This document shows positions 24,201-37,100 of a DNA stretch of 64,000 bases, piece by piece; position 1 is the stretch's first letter; the number at the start of each line of letters is the position of its first letter. The notes under the pieces were generated by a model that worked only from the letters and a program-made list of their open reading frames with translations, was not told the origin of the DNA and did no database searches. The stretch is taken from NCBI GenBank assembly GCA_964199315.1, contig OZ116698.1, forward strand, positions 10,540,001-10,604,000. Direction: 5' to 3'. A program made the position numbers and the translations under genes. The stretch comes from Orbicella franksi (lineage: Eukaryota).

Positions 24201-27200
24201 AAGACCTTTTTGCGCTGATTTGCTTGAATTAAGCAACTTTTAGCATTGCAAGCCTTCTCCTCTCACCCTCCTTTCCCTTCACACACGCATCTACGTCTGC
24301 ACTTACCTTCAGTGGATTGTGTACTTTCAGGCAGCTGAGACAACAACCCAAGACTCCATTCACTGCTATTGTAATCACCTGAGTTCTTTTGGAGGTCAGT
24401 TGCTTGTGGCGCCGAATCCCATAGATTTTGATCAAGTATTTACTGAGCTGACTCGCCTTTCAGAGACTGGAAACGTAGCTGTTATAATAGCGGTAAGCTG
24501 TGTATTTGGACTCTATCTGCTGCTCCTGCTCTGGGCTCGGAAGGTTGATAAGCGCGATCTTCTTAAGGTAAGCGGATTTTTTTTTTTTTTTACTTTTTTA
24601 CAACACTATTCGAAGTCATAATGCAATATTTAGAAGGTATGTAATAGTCAATAGATAGCAATTAACTGCGAACAGTTAGGGGAAACAAAATCGTAGATAT
24701 CTTAACTACAAATATCATAACGTAGGCATGTCTCCATTCAGACTATTCTAGTATCCATTTTGAGGGGCTATTTATTTTTATCATAGTTGTTGCATTCTCA
24801 AACTCATTAATAATTCATCAAGTTTAAACAAAGGAAATCCTGACGGAGACGGTGTTTGGATATCTGATCTTAATTAGAGTTTTTTCACTTTTTTACTATT
24901 ATGATTCTCTGTGTTTGAACACATTTCCGAACACCTCGAAGGTGGTGAAAAATATTCGTATTTTCAACTCTTCTTGGTGTTTGGAAATGTGGTCACAGTC
25001 TTTCGTGTTTGATATATTGCGTGAGATCACTGTTACGCCTCTTGGAGTATTGACCGAAATTTTATTTCAGGGCAGGAATGTATAGAATAATTACACTTGG
25101 TCTTGCTTCATTTTCTTTCTGTTTCCTACCGCAGGTGGGTGGGAGAACATTCTTAGGTGTTCGTTCAGCTTCGTCCAACGTCTACGAGATACAGATATCT
25201 ACTGGCATTTGGCGTAACTCCGGTACTACTGCAAAAGTATTTATTATGTTGGAGGGCGAGCTCGGTTCTAGTCGACCTTGCCATATGAAAGATGACTCGT
25301 GCATTGTGTTCGCAAGAGGGAGCATAATCTCGTTTGTCCTTTCCACCCAAATCAACATTGGTCCTGTTCGGAGTGTGCGCGTGTGGCACGATAACTCAGG
25401 CACCAGTCCCTCGTGGTTTTTGAACCACATCAAGGTCTGTAACGTAACCACTCAGGAGCACTGGAACTTTCCGTGCTTCATGTGGCTGGCTGTGGACAAA
25501 GGTGACGGTTTAGTCGATCGATCCCTTAGTTACTCTTCAACAGCCGATAAAGGAAGGGATTTTACACTTTTTGTGCAGAATAGGATAGCTGAAGAATTCA
25601 GCGACGAGCATCTGTGGTTTTCTGTCGCAACAAGACCTCCGAGATACCGGTTTACTCGAGTACAGCGGTTGTCATGCTGCCTGTCGCTAATGCTGAGCAC
25701 CATGCTGGCTAGTGCCATGTTTTACGAATTTGACAGCGGGGCGGACAGTACCCAGGGCTTTCTTAAGTTGGGCCGTTTTGTCATAAACCTGCAAGAGTTT
25801 ATCATTGGGTTGGAGAGCCATCTTATTATTATACCAGTTAATTTGCTGATCGTGGGAATTTTTACCTACACAAGGTCACCCATTGAGAAGAAACGGTTGC
25901 AAAAGAGAACTGATAACTCATGGATACCCGTGAGGAAGAGATGTCAATTTTCTCTTCCACACTGGTTTATTTTTGTTCCCTGGCTACTTTGTATTTTGTT
26001 ATCGGTTTGCTCGGCTGCTTTTGTTGTCATGTATAGTTTACAATGGGGTGCAGACACTAGCGAGAGTTGGCTGATTTCAGTGGGGATGTCACTTTTTATC
26101 GACATATTTGTATCAGAGCCTCTAAAGATCATTTTCGTTGCCTTCATGCTGTCGCATATTTGCGCGGCAGGGCGGGCTGATCAGTCCTCTCAGACGAAGT
26201 ACCTAGTCGATACGGTTACTGATATCGACGATATCAAACTAAGTGGGATAGACAATGAAGAGGAAGATGTTGGCATACCGAAGCCGCCGAGCAAGAGACG
26301 ACTACGTCATGCGAGGACCACTCGAATGAGAGAGCGTTATATGTATACAGCTCTAAGGAATATGGTGTCTTACATTGTGTATTTTTGGATTCTGATGGTT
26401 GTCTGTTACAGGGGACGTAATGAACACGGGTACCTGATGACCTCGTCCATGAAGAAGACGTTTGGAGAGCTTAGCAATGTACGTGTACGCTACAGATAAA
26501 CGTCTTTGTAATTACGGTCTCTTAATTTTATGGGAAAACATGGCAGCTCAAAAGAGTACGTCATCCCTTTTCCTGTGACCGTATATCGCGCAACACCTTA
26601 TGTCATTGTTCATGTGAAACGAAAACTCTTATCATTTAGACTGACATTCTTGTAACCAGCATCTACACCTGCATTATTTTTTAAAGTAAATGAAACCTAT
26701 CTTTTGCAAGTTTAGGTAGATAATTTTCTAGTCATTGTTTTATATCAGCATTTTATAAAGCTAGCATTATTTCCTTTCTGTTTTCATGTTTAACCGTTTT
26801 CTAGATTTCCAGTCACATGAACACGTGGGACTGGGTACGAAACGTTCTAGTACCGGGGCTCTATGATGACGGAAAAGACCTTTCATCAGTTAGTTCCGGT
26901 CCATACGTCGGCGATGGTGACGCGGTTCTCGTTGGTATGCCACGCCTCCGACAGCTAAGGGTCAAAAAAGGTATGTAATAGTTGTTTTTGCTCACAAATT
27001 CGAGGAGATCTAGATATTTTCTCCATAGATATTTGCTAGACAACGCGGATGTATGAGTTGGTTTACTCGGTTTGGAATATTTACCTTTTTCCGAAAAAGG
27101 AGCAGTACCGTTTATAAATATTTGGAATACGTAGAGAAAAGGTAGTCTCTCGGTCGAGTTTTTGGCTCCGTAAACCAGTCAGGTATAACACTATACCACC

Positions 27201-28884
27201 ATGCCTATTTGTACAAATAACTAGAAGTTATATACCCTTGCTTTGTATTAGAGGCGGATGTAACCAATACGAGCAGTCGAGTTGAGGATAAAACAGCTAC
27301 TGACTTATTTTTAACAGTCTTCAGTCTGTCCTCGTGCGAGTTCAGTGTAGAAATTCAGTGAATAAATTCCACCTGTTAGACGCATACTTCTTTTTATTAA
27401 TGATGCTTCTTTTCATTGAAGATTGCTGCTACGTTGTAGATGAAGTACGAGGCCTGTTCAACTCGTGCGTTGCTTCGTATACATACAGTAATGAAGACAA
27501 GACCGCCGTCTATCAACCAAAATGGCGCCCATTCTCTTCGTCGGAAAACATGTCAGTTGCCCTGCTTGACCAGATCTGTCCCAGCGCGTGGCGTTATTCA
27601 TCCCCCACGGAAACACAGATTCTTCCTTTTCGTAGTTATGGTCCAGGAGGTTACCTGGCAGAGCTGGGCTACGACAAAAACACTGCGCTGAAAGTGATAT
27701 CCGAACTAAGCATGTTTAACTGGATTGACAAGTTTACTAGTGCTGTAATAGTTGAATTTACAGTTTTCAACCCTCTTGTGGGTTTGTTCAGCACTACATG
27801 GATACCTATCGAGTTCTCACCAAGTGGTTATGTGGCTTCTAATCACGTGATTCGTACCATGCACGTGTACGACCTTGGTGGTGGCTACAGCGCTGTTACT
27901 ATACTCTGTCAATTATTACTGGTTATTTTTATTATGTACTTTATCGTCGTGCAAACGAAGCAGATGATTCAAAACATTCGGCTTCACTTCTCTCAGTTAA
28001 TCAACTGGCTGGAACTTGCGCAGACTGTAACAGTCATTGCTTTTGTTGTTACTCACATTTTAAAAGAAACAGAGCTCTTTGCAAACACGGCGAAACTCAG
28101 TAAGAACATTTTCCAGTTCCTCAACTTCGATAGAAGCGTTTTTCTTTATAACATGGAATCAGTGTTCCTGGCCTTACTGATGTTCTTCAACACTTTTAAG
28201 TTACTGTATTTACTCAAGTTTAATCGCCATGTGCAACATTTGTTCCATGTAATGAAGAGGTCTGTTCTGGAACTCATTCACTGCTCGCTTGGATTCGCAG
28301 TGTTTATGTTTACATGTATTCATGTAGGATACCTTGTGTTCGGGACGCACCTTTACGGATATTCTTCTCCCTTCAACGCGTTACAATCTTTCCTCGTCCA
28401 GGGAGTCATCAATGGCGAGGTTGACCATTTCCACGACTGCTGTGCAATTATTGGTCCTGTATACATTTTAGCTTTAAATCTGGGTGTTAATGTTGTCTGC
28501 ATTAATCTCTTCATTGCTGTTCTTATACAGAATTATGGAATTGTTAAACGACTTTCCAAAGGTAAATTTAGTCTTGGAAATTTCATGATTATAAAGATGA
28601 AAGAGATACTTGGTTGTATTGGAGATCAATCAAAACCACGCAAGAAGAAGAAACGCACAAAAAGGCGAATCCCTAAAATCGAGGTTCCTGACATTAAGAT
28701 CACGGACGATGCATCTGAGCTGGTGGATGATTTAGCGAGACAGACGAGACGGATCAGACAAAGCCTCAATGAACTGTATGCCGACGACTTTGGCGAGGAC
28801 TCCGACTTGTTTTCTTTGTGGCTAGAAATTCACACGAATGTCAAGGAATCATCTGAGGATGCAGGATACTGCGCGCTTGCGTAA
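12257..28884 (+). CDS. Polycystin-1-like (PKD1L/REJ family) protein, paralogue B: signal peptide-FN3-EGF-REJ-GAIN/GPS-TM1-PLAT-TMs-polycystin channel, about 2201 aa
   Basis: Exons: 12257-12332 (putative signal peptide, least certain), 14238-14537 (FN3), 14652-14792 (EGF, 6 Cys), 17025-17465, 18023-18251, 19635-20235 (REJ: CTDWQDPDLPLQYEF), 20982-21188, 21796-21921, 22125-22466, 22664-22903, 23360-24052, 24331-24567 (GPS CYCNHLSSF, TM1), 25135-26478 (PLAT, TMs), 26805-26970, 27422-28884 (TAA). All are GT-AG with compatible phases. The summed length is 6606 nt, a multiple of 3. Confidence 0.92.
13090..13870 (-). mobile_element. 3' fragment of an L1/Tx1-clade non-LTR retrotransposon
   Basis: ORF 13523-13861 has the C-terminal zinc-knuckle pattern CTFC..DESLEHLFCRC..FW followed by IIFG..LLNH..GKLVIY. 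An AT-rich, low-complexity 3' tail lies to the left. Confidence 0.75.
14997..15072. repeat. (CTTC)n/(CATC)n microsatellite
   Basis: Direct inspection. Confidence 0.9.
15075..16095 (+). mobile_element. Decayed CR1/L2-clade LINE, 3' part of the reverse transcriptase ORF
   Basis: Frameshifted remnants of MF(A)DDT, KCLGVSID, EPYFSYCCIVWD, QNRAAHIITGA, MFKIVKGLAPPYL, YKNSFAFSGAKVWNALP. Confidence 0.85.
17760..17902. repeat. Compound (GACT)n(GAAT)n microsatellite
   Basis: Direct inspection. It explains the low-complexity ORF 17682-17921. Confidence 0.95.
19205..19581. mobile_element. MITE-like element with CCC(G)GGG-type ends; related copy at 61873-62087
   Basis: Ends are CCCCCCCGTGGGACCCCCCTATG and ATATGGGAGTTCCACCGGG. 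The reverse complement of about 19495-19560 aligns with about 61905-61960. Confidence 0.6.
24795..25018 (-). repeat. Second copy of the 2980-3266 interspersed repeat
   Basis: Reverse-complement similarity, as described for 2980-3266. Confidence 0.75.
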
Positions 28885-31102
28885 CTAACACAGTTAAATG
28901 ATGGCCTGTGAGTTGGATTTTAGGCATCACTTCTGTAAAGAAAGCAAGTTAGTGGAACACGAATATTTTCCTCAAGTGGACATAATTATGGAGTTTTTTA
29001 GTCTTCAAATCTCCTCCAGGAAAACGAGCTTTGGTCAGCTACTTACTTACCAATTGGTGATATGAATGAAGTACGGTATTGAGATCTTTTTCAAATGACG
29101 GGATGAAATCGTTTCTGTTTTATGATTTGTGAGGACGTTTTCTTCGTCATGCAAAACATTCGACCGTTTCTTGTTTAATTAATTCTTTTAGATTCATTTA
29201 GTGTTTTCATTCAGTTCTAACGGTTTTTACAGTTGGTGTGTTGTCTTGAGATTTTACGGACTCAACCTATGTAGATGTAGAATTTAGCCCAGATAATTCC
29301 AAGCAACCTATCTAGACAGTTGTGAAAACTGATCTCCGGAAGACTGGTTAAAGTTGGAAGCGGTTTTATCAGTAAATGTCTGTGTTAGCTTGTGGCTGCA
29401 GATAAACTTATGTGTTGTCCATCTCTGGCTTTGGGAGATCACACACCGCTTGAAAGGTTTGCTTTCCTAAACTAATAGCATATTGGTAACACAAAAGTCC
29501 AAAAAATGACTAACATAATCAGATATTGTAAGTCGTGAGTGTTATTATATAACACTCCCATAAAAATATAAAAATATCGCAAAATGGCGCTATTACGTTG
29601 GCAAAATAGTGCTACTGTACTATACGAAGATTATGCTCGATAATCCCCCCCCCCCACCCCCTGTACTGTTATACTTGACAACCCCTACTGCACGTGAGAA
29701 AGAGCGGCAGAACTAGAGCCTGACTAGTTTCTAGCTTTGTAGTTATCCACACATAAGAACAGGTAACCTCTTCCTGCAGCTTTGTAATTTATTTACTTTC
29801 ATAAATTCTTTCTTAACACTCAATTTAAATAACCTATCTAACAATAAATATATAATTTCTCTTTAACAAAGAAATGTTTTCGAAAGGATTTAACTTAAAA
29901 TAAATATGGAATCAGATATGCATCCTTCAAGAATTAAGACCTCGAGAGGTCGAATAAAATTAAGAATATTACAATTTACATTTTTCCCCAAACGGCGAGC
30001 GTCAGCTGTTTAATACTTGGTAACAGATACGATAACCTATAAGTAAGATATGTTTTTGGTTTGGTTTGTGATCAAGATTTCCCAATTTAAATGTGCATTG
30101 TACAATTCAATTTGTTAGCTAAACGTATATCTAAATTGTGATAACAGTGCTTTAGTATCGGGCCAAATTTGAAAATGTCATATTTCTTCCATCCTTTCGC
30201 CGCTTTCCATCAATTTCGTGGTAAACAGATACCACACAAAAAAAGGCGTACAAAAAGCATTAAAAAGAATTACCAGCAACAAAGGCCATGAAAAATAACA
30301 TATAAAAATAATTAAAACATAAAAACTGGTTAATCTCCATTGAGACGCGCAAAGAAACGCTAATGCAACTGTCTTCTTGTTTTTAATATTTGGAAAAGTT
30401 TTGGATCTTTCACGAGGATTTGCCCTAAAACAGCAACTTCTCCCTCGAATAAAATTAATTTGGGATACCTACCACTGTACCATAATGCCTTTTATTTTCG
30501 CGAATATAGCAGTTCTAAGTCACCTCATGAAAAATATTTTATTGCGTTTTATGTCAAGTAAGAAAACAGACTGCGTTTCGCTAGCTTTGCTCGCAAAAAT
30601 GAAAGGCATTAATAACATACTTCACCCTTACATTACTTTCTATCATCTCGTCACTTAGACAATTTTGTTTGCTCTCTGAGATTGCTCTACAATTTTCAGT
30701 TTTTTTTTTCTTCTATGGACTGAAGAGTTAGCTCTCTTGTGCTCAACACAAGTTTAAAATATCTCTAAGTAATTAGCTGCAAAATGTAAGAGCTGGCTTA
30801 GAAACTGCTTATCGAATTAATTTCAAATACAATGAATCTTAAAGTGGTCAAAATATCATTGTTTCCGACCCGTCATTCAGTATTTTGTAAATGACAACAC
30901 AACATTTAAACTTGCTACAATGGGCTTAATCCTCTGTAATAGCCTATTACTGTAAAACGACATGTTAAATGGACATTGTGAATGTTACGTTTTGTGATTA
31001 ATCCATAACCTTCGTTCATTTTCATATATTTCTGTTTTTTATTTTCACTCACTCAGGATTGGTGGCCGTGTTTTCTTAGTTCGTCTGCCTGCGTCAAGCT
31101 TA

Positions 31103-34100
31103 TTATGGAATCCCCGCAATTTCCCGCGGTCTCACATTTTCTTTAAACTGCCCTACGATGTTTCCCGGAGGAAAGTACCGCCCGACGACAACATTTCTCC
31201 CATCGGGGGCAACAGCCATTCCCATGCCAAACTCCTCTGTCCCTACCCAAACTAACTGGGTGAAATGGCTCGTATCAGAAGTGTAGCCAGGGCAGTCGAA
31301 GTCGTAATCTTGCACCTCATCGTACCACATGTCAACCGCCCCACGGGCGGAGAGCGAGCTATCCCATGTGTATGCCAAGTTCTCCCCGCGGTCTTTTTGT
31401 CCGCTGTGCGTCAGCGAATTGGTCTTAACCAGGCGCTCTGCGTAATTCTGCGCTTCTGCAGCCAGCAGTGGAGACCAGCGCAACGGTGGGGCGTTGTGAA
31501 ATGTACGGTAGTAATTATGTGAGATGACGCACTCAGTTTTAAATTTTTCTGATGATGTAAGAAGATTATGAGATGAGTTTACACAAATGAGAATGTGAGT
31601 GATAAAATAAAATAATAAAAAAATAACCTTTTTACCCTCGGCAGTGTTTAAAGCATAAAAGCTAGTAGGGCCGAGGAAACAACAGACACAAATAATTCAA
31701 ATTGAACATAAAATCGTTAAGCATCCCAACTGGCCGGATGTAAACCATTTGGCTATTTGCAAGCGTGGCCGAGGATTTGAACTTGGGGCTACTCTGAAAC
31801 AAATCCAGGTAGTGTCGAGAGAAGAACTCGAACCCGGGACCGCTTGATTGCGAGTCCGACGTGCTGACCACTCGGCCACACTGCCTCCACAGTGATGAAA
31901 TATGAAGCGCAAGTGTGCGAAAGTAGAAGAGACCCACTTAGGTAGTAGGGGTTTTTTCGGAGACTTCAGAAAGCAACTAGTGTTTTTACTTTGGTTTATA
32001 TAGAGGTGGTCTTGCTCTGCAGTTATTTGTTAGACGCGGACATCACAGCAAATTGCCTCCAAAACCTGAGCGTAACTGTTTTGCTCCGTCATTAGCCAGT
32101 CCCGGTGGATTTAGCTGTAGTATTGTAGCTGTGCCCAAATATCGAATTAGCATTTAAAACGCTTATTCTACTTGATTTAGATTTTAATAAAAATTACTTA
32201 TTGCATATCGCTCTTGATCTTTAACCAGTGGTCTGAAATTAATACGGCTTTCACCAACAAAGTCAGATTACACTGTTACTTTACGCACAGTGTACAGCAC
32301 AAATGTAACAAATTGTATTGAATGGCGGACATTCAATGCCTTCAAGCTTGAAGTTTTGCAAATCATCAAGTCTATTTGCTACCGGCAGCCAGCAAATCAA
32401 AGACCGAAATGCGCATTAGTGTGCAAACTCTAAGTTATTCATTGTCACTACCTCTTTCCGCTGGTGTTACTGGCGGAAGACCCGATCTTGAACGTCTCCT
32501 TGCACTTGATCTTCGTCTTTTCAGTCGACCTGACGAATCTCTGGGGGCTTTAATATTGTCTTTAAACTCTCCAACGATGTTTCCCGCCGGTTTATACAGT
32601 GCTGCAACATATTGCGTTCCATCGTCAGCGACACACTTCGCTACACCCAACTCGCGCGAGGAGGCCCAAACGACTTGCGTAAAATTACCGCACTTGGCAT
32701 TGTAAGCTGGGACTTCAAAATTGTAATCCGTGGTTTCTTTATACCACATTTCGACGACTTCAGAGCCATTTAAATCTTTCCCGTGTACGCTCAAAAGGTT
32801 TTGGCCTACTGCTTTTCCGTCGCAACGTTCGAGACAATTCACCGATGCCATATGTTCCGCCCACTCTTTTGCGTCAGCGGCCAGCTCGTCAGACCATGTC
32901 AGCGGTTTAACTCTGTGTTGTCGGCGGTACAAGTTGTGTTCTAGGAGACAGTTTTGCTCAAAGTCGTCTAATTCTGTAAAAAAAACAGAAACTGTGTTAC
33001 ATATCAAGTGCTTAACATTTAAAACTTCAGTTGAAAAGAAAAGAAATCTAACCTTCCAAATCAGCAGATGGGGTCGAGGACAGCGATCCTTCACTTGATA
33101 TATTTTGTTCACCGGAAGAGTCACTACTTAAATTCTGCTCCGTTTTTTCGTCTTTCGTTTTACTAGACTCAGAGACGTCTTTCTCTTTAGCAGGTTCTTT
33201 AGATAAACTCACGTCCTCTTTGTCTCCTCTTTCGCCAGAAGTGTCTTCTACCGTAGTCTCTGCAAAACTTTCCTGAGTTGTTATTTCTTCTTGTTCTCTT
33301 GAAAGGCTTCCAGAGTGTTCTTGGCATTCGCTGCTAATTTGGTAATCCGCCTTTTCTTCCTCCTTAGCTTGAACTTCAATAGACTCGGCTGCTTGTCGAA
33401 TCGAAGATGACGTCATGGTCTCGCCTAATTCATCTTCGTGTAAAGTTTCTTCACTACTAGAATGCACATCAGAATGGAATACATCCTCATCTCCTTCTTC
33501 TCCTTGGAAACCAGCATTTTCGTCATCACAGTCTTCATCAGACTCGACTTGGCTCAACTTCTCCTCTAAGATAACAAATGACTCCAGCCGCTCGTATTCT
33601 TCCAATTGACGCTGTTCCTCTTCATCCAGCTCGTCTTCCGGGGAATCATCGATTTCAAATTCTGGAGATTCCCGGATTTCCTCCAAGGCCATGTTTTCAA
33701 ATCCTTCTTCGAAGAAACCTTCTGGAACGGGCTCCTTTTCGGCTTTAAGGTCATCCTTGACGGATTCTACAACGTTGTTCTCAACATCATTTTCCTCTTC
33801 AGGAATGACATAGATCTCTCGGTGGTCCGGTATATCTTCTTCACCAGAAGATTCAAACTCATCACTATATCGCACCAGTATGAATTCTTCAAGGTTTTCT
33901 TCTAAGGGATCTCCCTGTCGCACGTAAGTTTCAGTGTACGAGGCTTCGCTTTCGACTTCCTCATAAGCTGGTTCTAAGCTCTCTGTCGATGACAGCTCTA
34001 CATAATAGCGTGTGGTAGCACTCTCATCATCCTCGTACAGATCAACTTGGCTCAAGTCGAGCGGTTGCCTTCGCGGTTTTGTTTGCGCTCGTTCGGGGTT

Positions 34101-37100
34101 TTCTTCATCGACCCATCTTTCGGAAATTCCTGTGTCGTCCGTTGTTTCATGCTCTTCGTCTTTACTCGACACGCCTTGTCCGTCTGTTTCTCTAGAAGCT
34201 GAGATATCTACTTCTTCTTCAAACACTGCATAAACCGCGCTTGGTTCAACTTTCTCGGCAGGCTCCCGAACTTCTTGAAACGCTGATACTTCCAATTCCT
34301 CTTCCAACTCGGGTGAATGTGTTCTAAGTTCAGTAGTTTCAACTGGCTCACGTTCAAGGTTTTCCTTGACCGGCTCATCACTACGTTCATAAGCTGAAAC
34401 TTCAACTTCCTCTTCAAACGTAGACGCTTGCATTGTGCTGTCGTTGGTTTTAGGAGACGTCTGTACTTGTTCCTGTACTTTTTGCATTTCCAGTTCTTCC
34501 TCATAAATAGGTTGCACTTCGCTGATCTCCACTTCTTCCTCAAAGAGTGGTTCCTGTTGATAACCTTCAGGGACATCGCTCTCCTCCTCTCGGTCAGGTT
34601 GGTTTACTTCTTCTAATGAGCCTTCCTTCTGTGCTTGCTCGTGAATTGGTCGTCCTTCACTGATCTCTACCTCTTCCTCGTAGATAGGTTCCTGTTGATC
34701 GCCTTCGTAGATATCGCTCTCCTCCTCACGGTCACTTTTGTCCATTCCGTCCACTGATTCTGCCTTGGAAGATCTCGACTGGCTACGATCTATACTTTCC
34801 ACACCCTCCCCACGGAATTCTTCCTCTGACAACGCTTCATCCATACGCATGATGTCAATTTCCTCTTCAAACTGTTCCCCCGCCGACTCTTCCTCAAGAG
34901 AGGCCTCGTCATCTTTCAAAATAACCAACACGTCATCCTGTGTTACAACCTGTTGAATTTCCTGAGCGTCCTTAACTTCAGAGTGGACAATGAAACTCTT
35001 CACAAATGTGGTCTCTCTTTCCACGGTTACACGTGGGTTCATCAAGGGAGTCTGCTGCTCTACTGCCTTGTATTCCATCACTTCGGTTTTAAGAAGGCGA
35101 ACTTCCGTTTCGTCCTCCGAGAGTTGTTTTTCGAACTTCGCAGATTCTTGATCTTTAGCTTCTTTCTCCAAAATACCCTCACTCAGTTCATCAGTTGTTT
35201 TAAATTGACGTACGTTGTCGCTCTTTTCCCAAGAAGTTTGGTTACTTGTTTGATGAATTGGAGTAAAAGATACTTCCTGAAATTTCTTGACTTCCTCGTG
35301 AAGTATACCTTCGCCTCCATTTTTCTCTGCTTTGTAGCAGATTTCCTCGCTTGCAAATCCAGTCGCAACGTAGGAGTTGGTAGAGGATACCTGACGCGTT
35401 GTTTTCGTTGCAAGAACCTCGACTTCGTAAGATGTTTCCATTTTCCTTGCTTTTTCTCCCATAAAGATTTGTTCCCCGTGTTTTGTCTCTTTACTTTCTA
35501 CAACCTGGTAGCCTGTAGACTTGATTTCAACTGATCTTTTTTCTGTCTCGCTTACAACCGTGAACGTCTGGATCTCACTTGCGAATCCTTTTTCTTCATT
35601 AGGCTCAGAAACTCGGCTTTCGTCCTTAACTTCAATTTCCCAAACCTTTTCTTGGATTTTTTCTTCTCCACGCACACTACGTTCTTGTTCAACGGTTCTT
35701 GTGTAATGTTCAACGCCAACGAGAGGCTCTTGTGCGGCGACTAATTGTGCGTTGTCAGTCTCGTCCCAAAGTTTGTCTTGTTGTTCTGCAATCTGCGGAC
35801 CACACCTGACTTTTTCCGAAACAACGGGTGCAGGCTCCTTTGAACTGGCCAAAGAAGTTTCACGTCCAAAGACCCCCTCCATTTCTTCATATTCTTCCAA
35901 AAAGTCTCTTTCACTTAAGTCGTCATCCTCTTCTGCACCAGCATGGTAGTCAGAGTCGGAGAACTCCGCAGCCGTCTGTAGTGGGGGCTCAGAGATGACG
36001 AAACTAGTCTCTGTTTCTAAAGGTTCCTCGACTTCGTGGTACGTCTGAGCTGTTTCAATCACAACTGATTTCTCGTTCAAGACATTTTCTTCGTAGATTC
36101 CCTGTGGTGACAGTTCTTCTGTTATGTACAGGGATCGTAACCCTTTGGATACTGACTTCTCCGAGATGTAGTCACTTTCCTCGTATGGTATAGCATGGTA
36201 AGTTTCGGTACCGTATTCTTCGTTGATTGTTTCATAATCTTGGAAATCTCTGAGTTCACTGGAGACGTGCAAAGGTGACGACGAACACTCAGATATCAAT
36301 TCTGACGCGGAACCCTCTTCGTTTTCTTCAAAAGGCTCAGCAAATTCCCTTCGTTCTTCTACATCTTCTATCTCTAGTGTAAACTCCGATTCGCAGGAGT
36401 CTGCTGTCACATGGGAGTGAGAAACTTCTTGGTCTTCCGTCGGATATGAGACGACTGTTTCTCCGTTGTCTTCGTATCTTTCCTTCTCTATATCATAGTC
36501 GTCTTCTGGCTCTTCTTCTACATAATAGGCATCATCTTCTTCATTTTCTGATAATTCACCAGAAAGGTTTACAAAAATAACGGGCACCTCTGTTTTTTCC
36601 CGTTCGTCGTACTGTTGCGCTATCTCGGTTCTTGTTTCGACCACTTCTGTGGATTCCTGCTGTGCGGCATCGATTTTAAGTTCCAATGCAGCGGCAGCAA
36701 TGCTCAATAAAGATTGTGGAGACTTCAGAACTACAGTGATAGCTTGCACCTCCGTTTCCTCAATCTCTTCAGCGCACGCTCCTTCGTCTGGTTTCTCCTC
36801 CTCAGACGATTCCTCTGGTGGTTCAATATTTGACAATTCTCCAGCTACATGAAATGAAGGCTGGGTTGTTTTGAGAATTTGGGTTGTGGTTATCAATTCT
36901 TGGCTCTCCTCATACGCCAAACTTTCTTCCACTTGCAAAACCTGTTCCAAAGCCTGATCGTGGGTGTCAATGTTTTTTATTTCTCCGGCAATGTGTGCGC
37001 TTTGTGATGGATCAATCAATATTTGAGTACCACAGATGCTCTCAAATTCTTCAAACTGTTCGCCAAAATCGGACTTGGGGGATTCATCGTCAGCTCTTAC

